A model generated the notes under the pieces. It was not told the DNA's origin. It saw only the letters and a program-made list of their open reading frames with translations, and made no database searches. Source: Candidatus Kapaibacterium sp. (lineage in GTDB: Bacteria; Verrucomicrobiota; Verrucomicrobiia; Limisphaerales; UBA9464). Taken from it: DNA of 45,720 nucleotides. Every line of letters starts with the position of its first letter. The stretch's first letter is position 1. A program made the position numbers and the translations under genes. Location of the stretch: contig JBIIUN010000001.1 in the NCBI GenBank assembly GCA_044339945.1, forward strand, positions 1 through 45,720, in the 5' to 3' direction. Below are positions 34,201-43,995 of this stretch, in pieces.

Positions 34201-34479
34201 TCAGCGGGCGGCGGATTGTTCAACGACGCTGACCAGTTGCCAGCGCTTCAGCTTGGACAACGGCCGGGACTCGCGGATGAGGACAACATCGCCCACCGAT
34301 GCAACTTCCGCCTCATCGTGGGCGTAGAATTTCTTGGTTGAAGTGACGGTTTTCTTGAATTGAGGGTGCTTGTATCGGCGCTCGACCTTCACGACGATGG
34401 TCTTTGACATCTTGTCGGAAGCCACCACGCCTACCCGTTCCGCGACCCCGGAGCCGCTATTTTTATCACCAGAAAGCAT
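34201..34479 (-). CDS. rpsQ: 30S ribosomal protein S17
   Basis: [28 protein letters not shown]...YAHDE...[18 protein letters not shown]. Confidence 0.92.
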   Translation of the reverse strand: MLSGDKNSGSGVAERVGVVASDKMSKTIVVKVERRYKHPQFKKTVTSTKKFYAHDEAEVASVGDVVLIRESRPLSKLKRWQLVSVVEQSAAR

Positions 34480-34485
34480 AAGTTG

Positions 34486-34692
34486 TTACGCGTTGTTTGA
34501 GCGAAGTTGGGTGAGTTTGGTTTCGCACCGGGCGATGTCCCGCCGCAATGCGCGGATCACATGCGTCTTTTCCAGGCGCGCGGTGGATTTCTGGAGGCGT
34601 GCGTCAAACAGCTGTTTCCGGAGCGCGACAGACTTGGCTGCCAATTCTTGTTCCGAGAGATCTTGGATCGCCACTTTTAATGATTCGGCCAT
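34486..34692 (-). CDS. rpmC: 50S ribosomal protein L29
   Basis: 68 aa, LSEQELAAKSVALRKQLFDARLQ; operon position. Confidence 0.88.
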   Translation of the reverse strand: MAESLKVAIQDLSEQELAAKSVALRKQLFDARLQKSTARLEKTHVIRALRRDIARCETKLTQLRSNNA

Positions 34693-34698
34693 AGCAGG

Positions 34699-35115
34699 TT
34701 ACGACAATTTATGTCTGGTAATGAAACGGGTGCTGATCGACAGCTTGCTTGCGGCAAGCCTCATCGCCTCTTTCGCCACCGCTTCGGTTACACCATCAAC
34801 CTCGAAGAGGATGTTGGCGGGCCGGATAACGGCCACCCATGATTCCACGCCGCCTTTTCCGGTTCCCATCCGGACTTCCAACGGCTTCTTCGTGAAGCTC
34901 TTGTCCGGGAATATGCGGATCCAAACTTTTCCGCGGCGTTTCATGTAACGGGTGATCGCGACGCGCGCCGCTTCGATCTGCTTGGTGTCGAGCCAGCAAC
35001 GCTCGAGCGCCTGCAAACCATATTCCCCGAATGCAACCTTGTGTCCGCGCGAGGCAATGCCCGTCCGGCTGCCTCTGTGCATTTTGCGATACTTTACCCG
35101 CGCTGGCATCAACAT
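34699..35115 (-). CDS. rplP: 50S ribosomal protein L16
   Basis: [19 protein letters not shown]... Confidence 0.95.
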   Translation of the reverse strand: MLMPARVKYRKMHRGSRTGIASRGHKVAFGEYGLQALERCWLDTKQIEAARVAITRYMKRRGKVWIRIFPDKSFTKKPLEVRMGTGKGGVESWVAVIRPANILFEVDGVTEAVAKEAMRLAASKLSISTRFITRHKLS

Positions 35116-35127
35116 ATTAAAGCCCTT

Positions 35128-35808
35128 TTATTTGTTAGCGACTGCGTTTTCCGCATTGCGGGCTCCCGCTGGGGTCTCGCCTCGCTTCATTTCCCCCTTG
35201 CAGATCCAGCACTTGATTCCCAACTTGCCATACATTGTCTTGGCCTCCGCAAAACCATAATCAATGGTGGCCCGGAGGGTATGAAGCGGAACCCGGCCTT
35301 GATGCTGCACCTCGACCCGGGCAATTTCGGCTCCGCCCAAGCGCCCGGCGCAGCGGATTTTGATTCCCTCGACGCCGAAATCCATGGCGGTTTGGATCGA
35401 CTTCTTCATTGCCCGCCGGAACGAAATCCGACGCTCCAGCTGCAGGGCGACATTCTCCGCGACCAACTGCGCGTCGATCTCGGCCTGCTTGATTTCCTGA
35501 ATGTCAACGTAGACCTCCTTGCCGGTCAGCTTGGAGAGATCTTCCTTAATCTTGTCGATTTCCGCGCCCTTGCGGCCAATCACAACCCCTGGACGGGCAG
35601 TAAAGATGGTCACGCGGCAACGGCTCGCCGCCCGTTCGATATTGATGCGAGGAACCGAGGCACCTTCAAGCTTGGACTGCAGGGTCTGCCGGATCAGGCG
35701 ATCCTCCTTCAGCAGTTTCGCAAAGTCTTTCTTGGAGGAAAACCACTTTGAGCGCCAGTCCTTCGTGAGCGGAATGCGAAGCCCGATTGGATTTGTTTTC
35801 TGTCCCAT
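35128..35808 (-). CDS. rpsC: 30S ribosomal protein S3
   Basis: MGQKTNPIGLRIPLTKDWRSKWF... KH domain. Confidence 0.95.
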   Translation of the reverse strand: MGQKTNPIGLRIPLTKDWRSKWFSSKKDFAKLLKEDRLIRQTLQSKLEGASVPRINIERAASRCRVTIFTARPGVVIGRKGAEIDKIKEDLSKLTGKEVYVDIQEIKQAEIDAQLVAENVALQLERRISFRRAMKKSIQTAMDFGVEGIKIRCAGRLGGAEIARVEVQHQGRVPLHTLRATIDYGFAEAKTMYGKLGIKCWICKGEMKRGETPAGARNAENAVANK

Positions 35809-35811
35809 AGC

Positions 35812-36168
35812 TTACATTGATTCGGAATTCACGTCGGCAACTTCGGTCAAAATGATACGAATGTGGCAGCTCCGCTTGAGGATCGGCCCCGCCGATCCTC
35901 GAGCCTTGGGGACAAAACGTTTGAAACTGCCCGCAGTTTCCGCGGCCGCCCGCTCAATGATGAGCTTTTCAGGCCGGAGACCATGGTTGTTTTCGGCGTT
36001 TGCCAAGGCCGACTTCAACGTCTGCGCAACCGCACGGGCGGATTTGCGTGGAACAAACCGCAGAACGTTCAGGGCTTCCAACGCGTTCATTCCCTGAATT
36101 TGGCGGACAACTTCCCGCACTTTCTGCGGGGACATCCGAAACTTTCTCTTAAGCGCTTGAACTTTCAT
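35812..36168 (-). CDS. rplV: 50S ribosomal protein L22
   Basis: FRMSPQKVREVVRQIQGMNALEALNVLRF. Confidence 0.93.
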   Translation of the reverse strand: MKVQALKRKFRMSPQKVREVVRQIQGMNALEALNVLRFVPRKSARAVAQTLKSALANAENNHGLRPEKLIIERAAAETAGSFKRFVPKARGSAGPILKRSCHIRIILTEVADVNSESM

Positions 36169-36176
36169 TGTTGACC

Positions 36177-36458
36177 CTATTTGGCCTCAGCCTTGGCAGT
36201 GTGAGCGCCGTGTTTCTTGAACGTCCGGGTGAAGGAAAATTCCCCCAACTTGTGGCCAACCATGTTTTCAGTCACGAACACCGGGTTGAAGACCTTGCCG
36301 TTATGAACGTTGAGCGTAAGCCCGACAAATTCCGGAGTGATGGTTGAACGGCGCGACCACGTTTTGATTGGCGCCTTACCCTTGGTAGCCTTGAGCTTTT
36401 CGATTTTTCGAAGAAGGCTAGGCTCGACATACGGCCCTTTTTTAAGAGAACGACCCAT
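36177..36458 (-). CDS. rpsS: 30S ribosomal protein S19
   Basis: [19 protein letters not shown]...TVNVHNGK-type core ([28 protein letters not shown]). Confidence 0.95.
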   Translation of the reverse strand: MGRSLKKGPYVEPSLLRKIEKLKATKGKAPIKTWSRRSTITPEFVGLTLNVHNGKVFNPVFVTENMVGHKLGEFSFTRTFKKHGAHTAKAEAK

Positions 36459-36459
36459 A

Positions 36460-37308
36460 TTACTTAGCTTTCATTGGACGCCCATCGCGCCGGACAACGA
36501 TAAAACGATCTGAGATTTTGTGCTTCTTGCGGGTTCGGAAGCCCTTGGCCAGTTTGCCCCAAGGTGACATCAAGTGCTGGCGACCGCCACCACCCTTGGA
36601 TTTGCCCTGACCACCACCGTTGGGATGGTCAACCGGGTTGCGAGCCATACCACGGGTTAGCGGGCGAATGCCCATCCAACGCGCACGCCCCGCCTTGCCA
36701 ATCACCACGTTTTCCCACTGCGCATTGCCCACCTTGCCAACCGTGGCCAGGCAATCCTCGTGAACGCGGCGAATTTCACCGGACGGCAACCGAAGCTGCG
36801 CGTATCCACTGTCGACCGCCATCAATGTGGCTGCCCCGCCCGCCGATCGGACCATTTGGGCACCCCGGCCGGGCAGAAGTTCGACACAATGAACTTCACC
36901 ACCGACAGGAATCTTTGCGAGCGGAAGGGCATTGCCAACCGAAGGTGCAGCCGCCGGGCCGGAGGAAACGACAGATCCCACAACCAATCCGTCCGGGCAC
37001 ACGATGTAGGAGCGGTCTCCCGGAGCATACTCCAGCAACGCCAGGCGCGCTGAACGATTGGGATCATACTCGATCGCAATCACCTTGGCATTTTCACCGA
37101 AGCGGTTGCGGCGCCAGTCCACATTGCGGATCCGGCGGGCATGACCACCGCCACGGGCACGAACAGTAACCCGTCCATAGTTGTTTCTACCACCAGTCCC
37201 CTTTTTCCGGTAGGTCAGCGCCTTCTCCGGCCGACTTTTCGTAATGTCGGAAAAGTCCTGAACTGTCGTATACCGCTGTGACGGCGTTAACGGCCTAAAA
37301 GTCTTCAC
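36460..37308 (-). CDS. rplB: 50S ribosomal protein L2
   Basis: GTG 37308 gives (M)[12 protein letters not shown]..., the usual L2 N-terminus (the tracked ORF starts at TTG 37335). The C-terminal block is [20 protein letters not shown]. Confidence 0.93.
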   Translation of the reverse strand: MKTFRPLTPSQRYTTVQDFSDITKSRPEKALTYRKKGTGGRNNYGRVTVRARGGGHARRIRNVDWRRNRFGENAKVIAIEYDPNRSARLALLEYAPGDRSYIVCPDGLVVGSVVSSGPAAAPSVGNALPLAKIPVGGEVHCVELLPGRGAQMVRSAGGAATLMAVDSGYAQLRLPSGEIRRVHEDCLATVGKVGNAQWENVVIGKAGRARWMGIRPLTRGMARNPVDHPNGGGQGKSKGGGGRQHLMSPWGKLAKGFRTRKKHKISDRFIVVRRDGRPMKAK

Positions 37309-37800
37309 GAGAAATTGTTTCCAATTACAAGCCAACCCACGCTGTCGCTTTCACCCATCACTCCTCAACGCTTGGGGCGCTAAGTTATCGGCTGAATCTT
37401 GGACGTTTCGACCAAGGCAACAAAACGGAGCGCGGAGATTGGCGAAGTTGGGGTTACGCTGCAATACAATTTTCGAACTTTGACGCACCGACTTTCCTCT
37501 TTGAGCGTTTTCGCCTTGGATTGAATGGCAACGACATCCCCTTGAAATGGGCATTTGCACGTCTAACGACCGGTCCACCAACTCTTGTCACCCAGTTCGG
37601 GCAACGGATTTGTGCCGGCGCGCACCGCGTTAGGAAGCTTAGGGATCCAACGACCCGGGACAGCCTCCCCCGCCCCAATTCGCCGCCGCCTTCCGCCGGA
37701 TGCCAACGGGCCTGCAATCATGATGTCTGGCGCGGGATTTGCCCGCGGAAAAAGAACTTCTCGTCGGTATCTGAGCTTCTGCTAGGGTAGCCCCTCGCGT

Positions 37801-40161
37801 ATGACGCCAAAGTTGTTCACAGAGCTCGGCCTGTCCCCGGAATCCCTCAAGGCGGTGGAGCGCCTCGGTTTCGAGCAGGCTTCGCCGATTCAGGCCGAAG
37901 CAATTCCACACATTTTGTCCGGCAAGGACGTCGTCGGACAGTCGCAGACCGGCTCCGGCAAGACCGCGGCCTTCGGTTTGCCTGCGATCGAGAAGATCAA
38001 CCCCAAGGTTCGGGGAGTCCAAGTGCTGGTGCTCTGCCCGACCCGTGAACTCGCGGTTCAGGTCAGCGAGGAGATCCACAAGCTCGCCCATTTCAACCGC
38101 GCGATTAAGCCCCTGCCCATTTTCGGCGGCGCCAGTTATGAGCGCCAATACGCCGGCCTGCATGCGGGAGCCAACATTGTCATCGGGACGCCGGGCCGCG
38201 TTCAGGACCATCTGGAGCGAGGTTCACTTAAGCTCGACCAGGTCAAGATCGTCATTCTCGACGAGGCGGACGAAATGCTCGACATGGGGTTCCGGGAAGA
38301 CATCGAAAAGATCCTCCTGCACGCGCCCAAGGAGCGGCAGACCGTGCTGTTCTCGGCGACGATTCCCCACCCGATTGAGGAGCTCATTCGGCGTTACACC
38401 AAGGATCCGGTCCGCGTTCAAATTGCCGCCAAGGCACTCACCGTCCCGACGGTGGACCAAATCTACTACGAGGTGCACCAGCAGTGGAAATTCGAGGCCC
38501 TGACGCGCCTCGTGGACCTCCACGACGTGAAGCTGGGCATCGTATTTTGCAACACCCAGCGCACCGTTGACGAGCTTACGGAGCACCTTCACGCGGCCGG
38601 CTACGACGCCGATGCGCTCCATGGCGGCCTCGCCCAGCAGGCTCGCGACCGGGTCATGAAGAAGTTCAAGACGGGCGTGCTCACGTTGCTGATCGCCACC
38701 GACGTTGCCGGGCGGGGCATTGACGTCAACGACATCGAGGTGGTGTTCAACTACGACCTCCCTTACGACCCGGAAGACTACGTCCACCGCATCGGCCGCA
38801 CCGGGCGTGCCGGGCGCAGTGGCAAAGCCATCACTCTCGTCAGCGGGCGCGAATTCTTCCGCATCCGTCACCTCGAACGCTTCACCCGCCAGCGGATCCT
38901 GCGCGGGCAGATTCCTTCCGAGGATCAATTGGCCGAAGCCAAGGAGCGGAAGCTACTCGACGACGTGCGCACGGTGATCCAGCACGGCAATCTGAGCCAA
39001 CGCGAACACATGATCCAAGCCCTCATGAACGAGGGCTTCGACTCCGTCCAAGTCGCCGGCGCCTTGCTTCACCTGCTGGCCGGCGGCGAGGTTCCCAACG
39101 TCGAGGGAGACGCCCCTGAACGCAGCTCCCTTTGGGAAGAGGCCGGCGCCCGGAAGCCCGTTCCAACTGCACCAGCAGCGGCGTTCGTGGCAGCCCCCCC
39201 TTTGATGCCCCAAGCGGCTCCCCAGCCCGCCGCGCCGGAGGCGACAGTGCCGGTTGAATCCCCCGCATCGGTTGAATCGGTGGCCGTGACGGTCGTGAGT
39301 GATTCGGCGCCCGTGGAGCCCAAGGCCGAGAAGGCGCCCAAGCGGAAGACGCGCAAAGTCGTCACGGAAACGGTTTCACTCCCGGAGAATGAACCGGCAG
39401 CCGAAAACAGCCAGCCACCGACCGCTGAACCCGTGCCGGATCCGGAGCTACCCCGCCCGGTATCCGCCGCGTTCCAAGTGGAAGAGGAAGTTGGCTTCAA
39501 TGACGGGGAATCCCCGGTCGCCGGTCCCGCCGCCGTCGAACCGCCCCCAGCGCCCCCAGCGGCGCCGCGCAAGCCCAAGGCTACGGCTACGGCCCCGGCC
39601 CCGGCTGCCCCGGCCGAACCCGCCAAACTCAAATCCTCCACCTGGGACCGCCCGAAGTTTGCTCCCCGGTTTGACCGGACGGAACCCCCTGGCGAGGCAC
39701 CCGCTGCCCGCCCAACCCGCCCGGCGGCGCCTCGCTTCGACCGGCCGACGGACCGTCCGCCAGCGCCGCGCGGCTATGATCGGCCGGAACGGCCGCCCGA
39801 ACGCGAGGGACGGTTCGACCGTGGCCAAGATCGCCCGCCCAATCGCTTCAGCGAAGCCCGGGATGGATACGGCGCTCCCGCCGGCGATGCCCGCCCCATG
39901 CGTTACACGGCCCGCCCGGACGACGCGATGACCCAAGTCTGGATCAGCATGGGCGAAGCCGACGGCATCACGACCCGCGACATCGTGGGCTGCATCCTGG
40001 GGGAAACCGGTCTGCCGAAGAACGTGGTCGGCCAGGTCAACATCGCCGAACGGCACACGCTGGTGAGCATCCCGCGGCAAGAAGCCCGCAACATCCTCTC
40101 GGCGCTCAACCAGGCACAACTCCGTGGCCGCCGCATCCGGGCGAAGATCTCGGAATTCTGA
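37801..40161 (+). CDS. deaD: DEAD-box ATP-dependent RNA helicase (DeaD/CsdA-like) with a long Pro/Ala-rich linker and a DbpA-type C-terminal RNA-binding domain
   Basis: Q-motif FEQASPIQ, motif I GQSQTGSGKTAAF, DEAD, SAT and HRIGRTGRAG are all present. The C-terminus is MTQVWISMGEADGITTRDIVGCILGETGLPKNVVGQVNIAERHTLVSIP. Confidence 0.9.
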   Translation: MTPKLFTELGLSPESLKAVERLGFEQASPIQAEAIPHILSGKDVVGQSQTGSGKTAAFGLPAIEKINPKVRGVQVLVLCPTRELAVQVSEEIHKLAHFNRAIKPLPIFGGASYERQYAGLHAGANIVIGTPGRVQDHLERGSLKLDQVKIVILDEADEMLDMGFREDIEKILLHAPKERQTVLFSATIPHPIEELIRRYTKDPVRVQIAAKALTVPTVDQIYYEVHQQWKFEALTRLVDLHDVKLGIVFCNTQRTVDELTEHLHAAGYDADALHGGLAQQARDRVMKKFKTGVLTLLIATDVAGRGIDVNDIEVVFNYDLPYDPEDYVHRIGRTGRAGRSGKAITLVSGREFFRIRHLERFTRQRILRGQIPSEDQLAEAKERKLLDDVRTVIQHGNLSQREHMIQALMNEGFDSVQVAGALLHLLAGGEVPNVEGDAPERSSLWEEAGARKPVPTAPAAAFVAAPPLMPQAAPQPAAPEATVPVESPASVESVAVTVVSDSAPVEPKAEKAPKRKTRKVVTETVSLPENEPAAENSQPPTAEPVPDPELPRPVSAAFQVEEEVGFNDGESPVAGPAAVEPPPAPPAAPRKPKATATAPAPAAPAEPAKLKSSTWDRPKFAPRFDRTEPPGEAPAARPTRPAAPRFDRPTDRPPAPRGYDRPERPPEREGRFDRGQDRPPNRFSEARDGYGAPAGDARPMRYTARPDDAMTQVWISMGEADGITTRDIVGCILGETGLPKNVVGQVNIAERHTLVSIPRQEARNILSALNQAQLRGRRIRAKISEF

Positions 40162-40191
40162 GTCGATGGGATAGCTTGGGCGGTAGCCATT

Positions 40192-40232
40192 CGGCGGTGA
40201 GGACAACATGCCTCCCCGCCGTTTCCATTTTG
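40192..40232 (+). terminator. Candidate rho-independent terminator of deaD
   Basis: cggcggtgagg-acaacatg-cctccccgccg gives an 11-bp stem with 1 mismatch, followed by tttccattttg. Confidence 0.55.
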
Positions 40233-40571
40233 TCCCTGATGCCGGCTCCCTCCGAATTCGGCCCCGCCTTCGGAGGCATCCGTTCCATCGCTTCTTCCCG
40301 ATCAGACAGGGGATTTTGGGCACTGGGAGAACGTCCGAAGAGGACGCCCCACGAAAGAAAACACCGGTGAGCGCCAGCATCGCCACACGGAAAACAAACC
40401 TGACGCCCACCGGCCTTGATTCACTCGAGCCAAGGCCGTGGATGTCAGCGTGCAAACCTCCGTGATTCAAGCCAACGAGAGTGAAGTTTCGGTCACGGAT
40501 TCTCGCGTTTGAAGGCGAAGTTCCCCGGCCCGATCCGATGGCTGACCGCGAAGTTGGACCGGGACCCGCGC

Positions 40572-40611
40572 CCTGAAACAAACAGGGGAGACCGGCCCAG
40601 CCGATCTCCCC
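40572..40611 (-). terminator. Candidate terminator of the adhesin-like gene
   Basis: The minus strand reads ggggaga-tcggctgggccgg-tctcccc, followed by tgtttgtttcag. Confidence 0.4.
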
Positions 40612-40633
40612 GTGACACACAGTGCAACGAAAG

Positions 40634-42832
40634 TTACTCAGCGCGGTAGAACTGCTGGGCCGCCTCCGGAGTGACCTCGAAGGGCGAAACCGCGCCCGCC
40701 ACCGGGGTGAAGACCCCATTGACGGTCGCCGCCGACTTCAGCGTGCCGGTGAACGTGATGACCACCTTGCCGGCGGTGAGGCTGATTCCCTGGATACTGC
40801 CACCACCCACACCTGGCTCAGCGACGGAGCGTGCGCGGAAGGTCTTGAGGGCGCCGGTCTGGGCGCCGTTGAGGAGGGCGCGGGAGCCGTCGTTGTTGAC
40901 GGTGAACCACTCCACGTTGGCGCCGCCGCCGCCCTCGAAGTAGAGCAGGCGGAAGAAGTAGACGCCGGGCTGTTCGGCGCGGAAGTAGAACTCGGTGTCC
41001 GAGGAGCCGCGGCCCGCGTCAAACTGCCCGAGGACGATCGCCTTCGGGCTCGTCGCCGTGCCGGCCGACACCTGGAAGCCGTCGTCGCTGTTGACCACCA
41101 TCGTGTAAAGGCCGGCGGCCGGGATCTCGACGAAGGTCAATGCCTCCGCCGCGACGTTGTCGTTGCCGCCCTCGGTTCCCGGGATGCCGGGGAGGCCCAG
41201 GTCGGGCACCATCTGGTTGGGGATCGTGGCGGTCTCCGAGAAGTTGCCCGCCGCGCCCGCGGCCTGGTCGAAGTTCACGTAGTCCACCAGGAAGAACCCG
41301 CCGGTCTCGCCCGCGGTGTCATGGATGGTCGCGCCCAGCGTGCCGGCCAGCTGCTGCTCGGCCAACGCGATGGTGGTGCCGCGGCCGGTGGCCAGCTGGT
41401 GCGTGCGCCACCGGAGGCCCGGCTGGGTGCCGGTCCCGGGGGCGGTCGCCAGCGTCGCCGGCAGGGTCTTGTAGTCGGGCGCCGTGAAGGTCACGGTGTC
41501 CACCACCTGCACCCCGGCCGCCGTCGTGAACGTCACTTCCAGCGTGTGCGCCGAGTTCGCCGCGAAGGGCGTGGCCGCCGTGTAGCGCACCACCACCTGC
41601 GTGCTCTCCGCCGCCCGGCTCACCGAGCCGGCGGTGACCGCCACGCCGTCCAGCTTCAGCTGCACGCCCTTGCTTTCGTCCACCGTCAGCCAGGCCGCGT
41701 CGCTGATCGTCGCCGTCACCCGCGTCGGCGTCGCCGCCACCGCGGTGTAGCTCGGCGCCACGAAGTTCCGGGTCTCGGTGACCTGCCGGCCGTCATTGGC
41801 CGTGAACTTCACCTTCACCGTGTGCTTCGAGCCGGGCGCGAAGATCGCCGGGCTCCGGCTGTAGGCCACGCTCAGCCGCTCGGCGTCCGGCGTCGTCACC
41901 GTCACCGGGCTCACCGTCGCGCCGTCGAGCTCCACCGTCACGCCCGCAGCCTGGTTCACCGACTTGCCAAGCGCCTCGGCGATCCGGACCGTGAAGCCCA
42001 CGCCGTTGGCCGCCAGGCCGGTCACCAGCGGCGGCACGCCGACGGTGATGTTGTCCACCGCCCACCACCAGTCGTTCGCCGCCTCTTCCATGCTGATCGT
42101 CAGCTTCAGCGGGCCCGCGCCGGCCGCGTTGCCCAGCGGCAGCACCACCGACTCGTTGATGAATTCGCCGTCCGCCTTGAAGAACTCCCCGTCCGACTTC
42201 GAGTCCCAGTGCAGCACCACGTTCGTCCCGCCCGTCCCGTAGGTCGTCCGGATCTTCGCCGTCTGGTTGTTGATCCGGTTGCCTTCCGCGTCCACCGGGA
42301 AGTTCGGCAGCCCGTCGTCGAAGCCTTCCGGCCGCCACGAGGAGTCGAACGTCAGCACCAGCGAGTTGGCCGCCACGCCCGTCAGGTCGATCGCCGGCGT
42401 GCTGATGAACGCGTTGAACAGCCCCTGCGTATGCGCCGCGTCATCCCATTCGTCCGGGTCCGCGATCATCGCCGTGCCCGTCGAGTTCACGAACTCCGCC
42501 CGGCGCTGGCCGCCCGCCGCCGCCACCCACCAGTCCTTGTTCGCAAACGACCAGCCGGCCCATTCCACCACGCCGTCCGTCGCCGCGTTGCCGATGCCAG
42601 GCATCCGCGAGTCGTCCTCCACCCAGCCCGCAGGCCCGGTCGCCGACCACACCGACGTCCCGGCACGCCCTTCCTCACGGTTCGCACCCAGCACCACCCC
42701 TTCGAAATCCTCGAAGAAGAGGGATTGGCCGGTGGCCCGGTTCAGGGCGACCAGACCGACAACACTCAGGAGCGAAGCCCCAAGCACAGAGCGCCAAGGG
42801 CGCGTTTTCAGTTTCAGTTTCGGAATTATCAT
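40634..42832 (-). CDS. Large secreted adhesin-like protein: unknown N-terminal domain, Ig-like repeats, PA14-like domain, C-terminal FYR-ending module
   Basis: ATG 42832 is preceded by ccggaggatcgttcccat (GGAGGA Shine-Dalgarno). The signal peptide is MIIPKLKLKTRPWRSVLGASLLSVVGLVALNRATG. There are two ~95-aa repeats (VTVELDGATVSP...VKVKFTANDGRQV and VQLKLDGVAVTA...LEVTFTTAAGVQV). MVVNSDDGFQVSAG...YFFRLLYFEGGGGANVEW is PA14-like. Confidence 0.8.
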   Translation of the reverse strand: MIIPKLKLKTRPWRSVLGASLLSVVGLVALNRATGQSLFFEDFEGVVLGANREEGRAGTSVWSATGPAGWVEDDSRMPGIGNAATDGVVEWAGWSFANKDWWVAAAGGQRRAEFVNSTGTAMIADPDEWDDAAHTQGLFNAFISTPAIDLTGVAANSLVLTFDSSWRPEGFDDGLPNFPVDAEGNRINNQTAKIRTTYGTGGTNVVLHWDSKSDGEFFKADGEFINESVVLPLGNAAGAGPLKLTISMEEAANDWWWAVDNITVGVPPLVTGLAANGVGFTVRIAEALGKSVNQAAGVTVELDGATVSPVTVTTPDAERLSVAYSRSPAIFAPGSKHTVKVKFTANDGRQVTETRNFVAPSYTAVAATPTRVTATISDAAWLTVDESKGVQLKLDGVAVTAGSVSRAAESTQVVVRYTAATPFAANSAHTLEVTFTTAAGVQVVDTVTFTAPDYKTLPATLATAPGTGTQPGLRWRTHQLATGRGTTIALAEQQLAGTLGATIHDTAGETGGFFLVDYVNFDQAAGAAGNFSETATIPNQMVPDLGLPGIPGTEGGNDNVAAEALTFVEIPAAGLYTMVVNSDDGFQVSAGTATSPKAIVLGQFDAGRGSSDTEFYFRAEQPGVYFFRLLYFEGGGGANVEWFTVNNDGSRALLNGAQTGALKTFRARSVAEPGVGGGSIQGISLTAGKVVITFTGTLKSAATVNGVFTPVAGAVSPFEVTPEAAQQFYRAE

Positions 42833-43030
42833 ATGGGAACGATCCTCCGGCCGTTCGTCATCGAGGGCCGGGTCGAACCCTATTGATGCCATCGCGGAGC
42901 GCGGGGCAATGCTTCTCCGGGTGCGTTTCCCATTCTTCACGGCGGCGCGACAATCGGCCGCAAAATCGTCGCTATCCCGTTGCCACCGTCATCCGGAAGG
43001 CACTGTCCCGTAACAACCTAGGAAGGCAGG

Positions 43031-43861
43031 TCAGGGATTCACGATGTAGGCGCGGGAAGGCAGCTCGGGCAGCTTGGACTGGAGCCGCCGCAAGTCCGCC
43101 AAATCACCCCCGGGGCGCGCGGGCGCTCCCCATTCGGTGAAGTGTTTCGGCGCCTGCCATCGCCATTTCTCCACGTGACCGTCCACGAAGGCGAGGTTGC
43201 AGCCCTGGTTGTGCCGGTCGGCCGGCAGGTCGATCCAGGTGTCGGCGTTGCCCCAGGCATCGTCGGGGCGGTAGGTGCCGAAGGTCGCGTCCACGCAGCT
43301 CGCCTCGTGCGTGTCGATGAACGTGAACACGTCGGCCGGCGATGGCCGCGAGGCCTCGGCCAACGTGCGCCGGGTGTCCTCCGCCAGGTCGCAATTGAGC
43401 CAGATGCTCAGGTTGTAGCTGCGGGTGCGCGGCACCATCCGGCCCGTGTCCGCTTCACGCAGCGTGGAGCGATCTCCCGGGCACCGGTAGATCGCCGTCG
43501 CCCGGAGGTAGGGAAACAGCACGCCGGCCATGAGATTGGAGACCGTGGTGTCCTGGGTGACGTTGCCCGGCGCCCAGGACGTGGACGCCAGCGATGGGCC
43601 GTTGGTCTCGCCGACGATGTAGACGTAGCTGTTGGGCGGCAGTTGGTCTGCGTGGTCGTGCGCGTAGCTCAGCCAGGCGAGCTGCAATTGGCGCAAGTTG
43701 CCCTGGCAGGCCGCCGCGAGTCCGGCTTGGCGGGCGCGGCCCAGACCGGGCAACAGCAGGCCGGCCAGCAGCGCGATGATCGCGATCACCACCAGCAGTT
43801 CAATCAGCGTGAACCCCGCCGGAAACTGATCCGATCGCTGCCTTGGGAAACCCTTGTTCAT
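43031..43861 (-). CDS. Prepilin-type N-terminal cleavage/methylation domain protein, DUF1559 / H-X9-DG family pseudopilin
   Basis: [30 protein letters not shown] is a class III signal. The C-terminal [17 protein letters not shown] is the H-X9-DG motif. ATG at 43861. Confidence 0.88.
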   Translation of the reverse strand: MNKGFPRQRSDQFPAGFTLIELLVVIAIIALLAGLLLPGLGRARQAGLAAACQGNLRQLQLAWLSYAHDHADQLPPNSYVYIVGETNGPSLASTSWAPGNVTQDTTVSNLMAGVLFPYLRATAIYRCPGDRSTLREADTGRMVPRTRSYNLSIWLNCDLAEDTRRTLAEASRPSPADVFTFIDTHEASCVDATFGTYRPDDAWGNADTWIDLPADRHNQGCNLAFVDGHVEKWRWQAPKHFTEWGAPARPGGDLADLRRLQSKLPELPSRAYIVNP

Positions 43862-43995
43862 GCCCAACGAACCCCGCCAGTGGTAAGGCACGCCCCGTGG
43901 TCACGCGAACGGAATTCCCGCCGCGGCCGCCGTCCCCTTCCCCGGGCGCCTATTTCCCGGTTCGACTTCCCCGGCTCGCCCGGCACGCTCCGCCC

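Noticed and set aside
37305-37358. A 17-codon upstream ORF ([17 protein letters not shown]) whose TGA overlaps the rplB GTG start, preceded by GAGGAG.
   Set aside because: The Shine-Dalgarno-like element ends only 2 nt before the ATG, and there is no way to assess conservation here. It is noted as a possibility only within the leader finding.
37336-37800. RNase P RNA-like strings on the minus strand (agaggaaagtcggtgcg compared with the P4 GAGGAAAGUCCGGGC; gggtgaaagcgacagcg...ggcttgt) and an SRP-like ccggcggaaggcggc.
   Set aside because: The putative P4 halves are only ~130 nt apart and imperfect, the region runs into the rplB start, and the SRP domain-IV consensus is not met. No tRNA-like T-loop was found either.
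43862-43995. A possible ECF-type promoter (GAAC/GGAAT ... CGTC) and a GGAATTCC palindrome in the divergent region between the pseudopilin and sigma genes.
   Set aside because: The spacings (15 or 20 nt) do not fit the usual 16-17 nt. The palindrome is only 8 bp (an EcoRI-type site) and could easily occur by chance.
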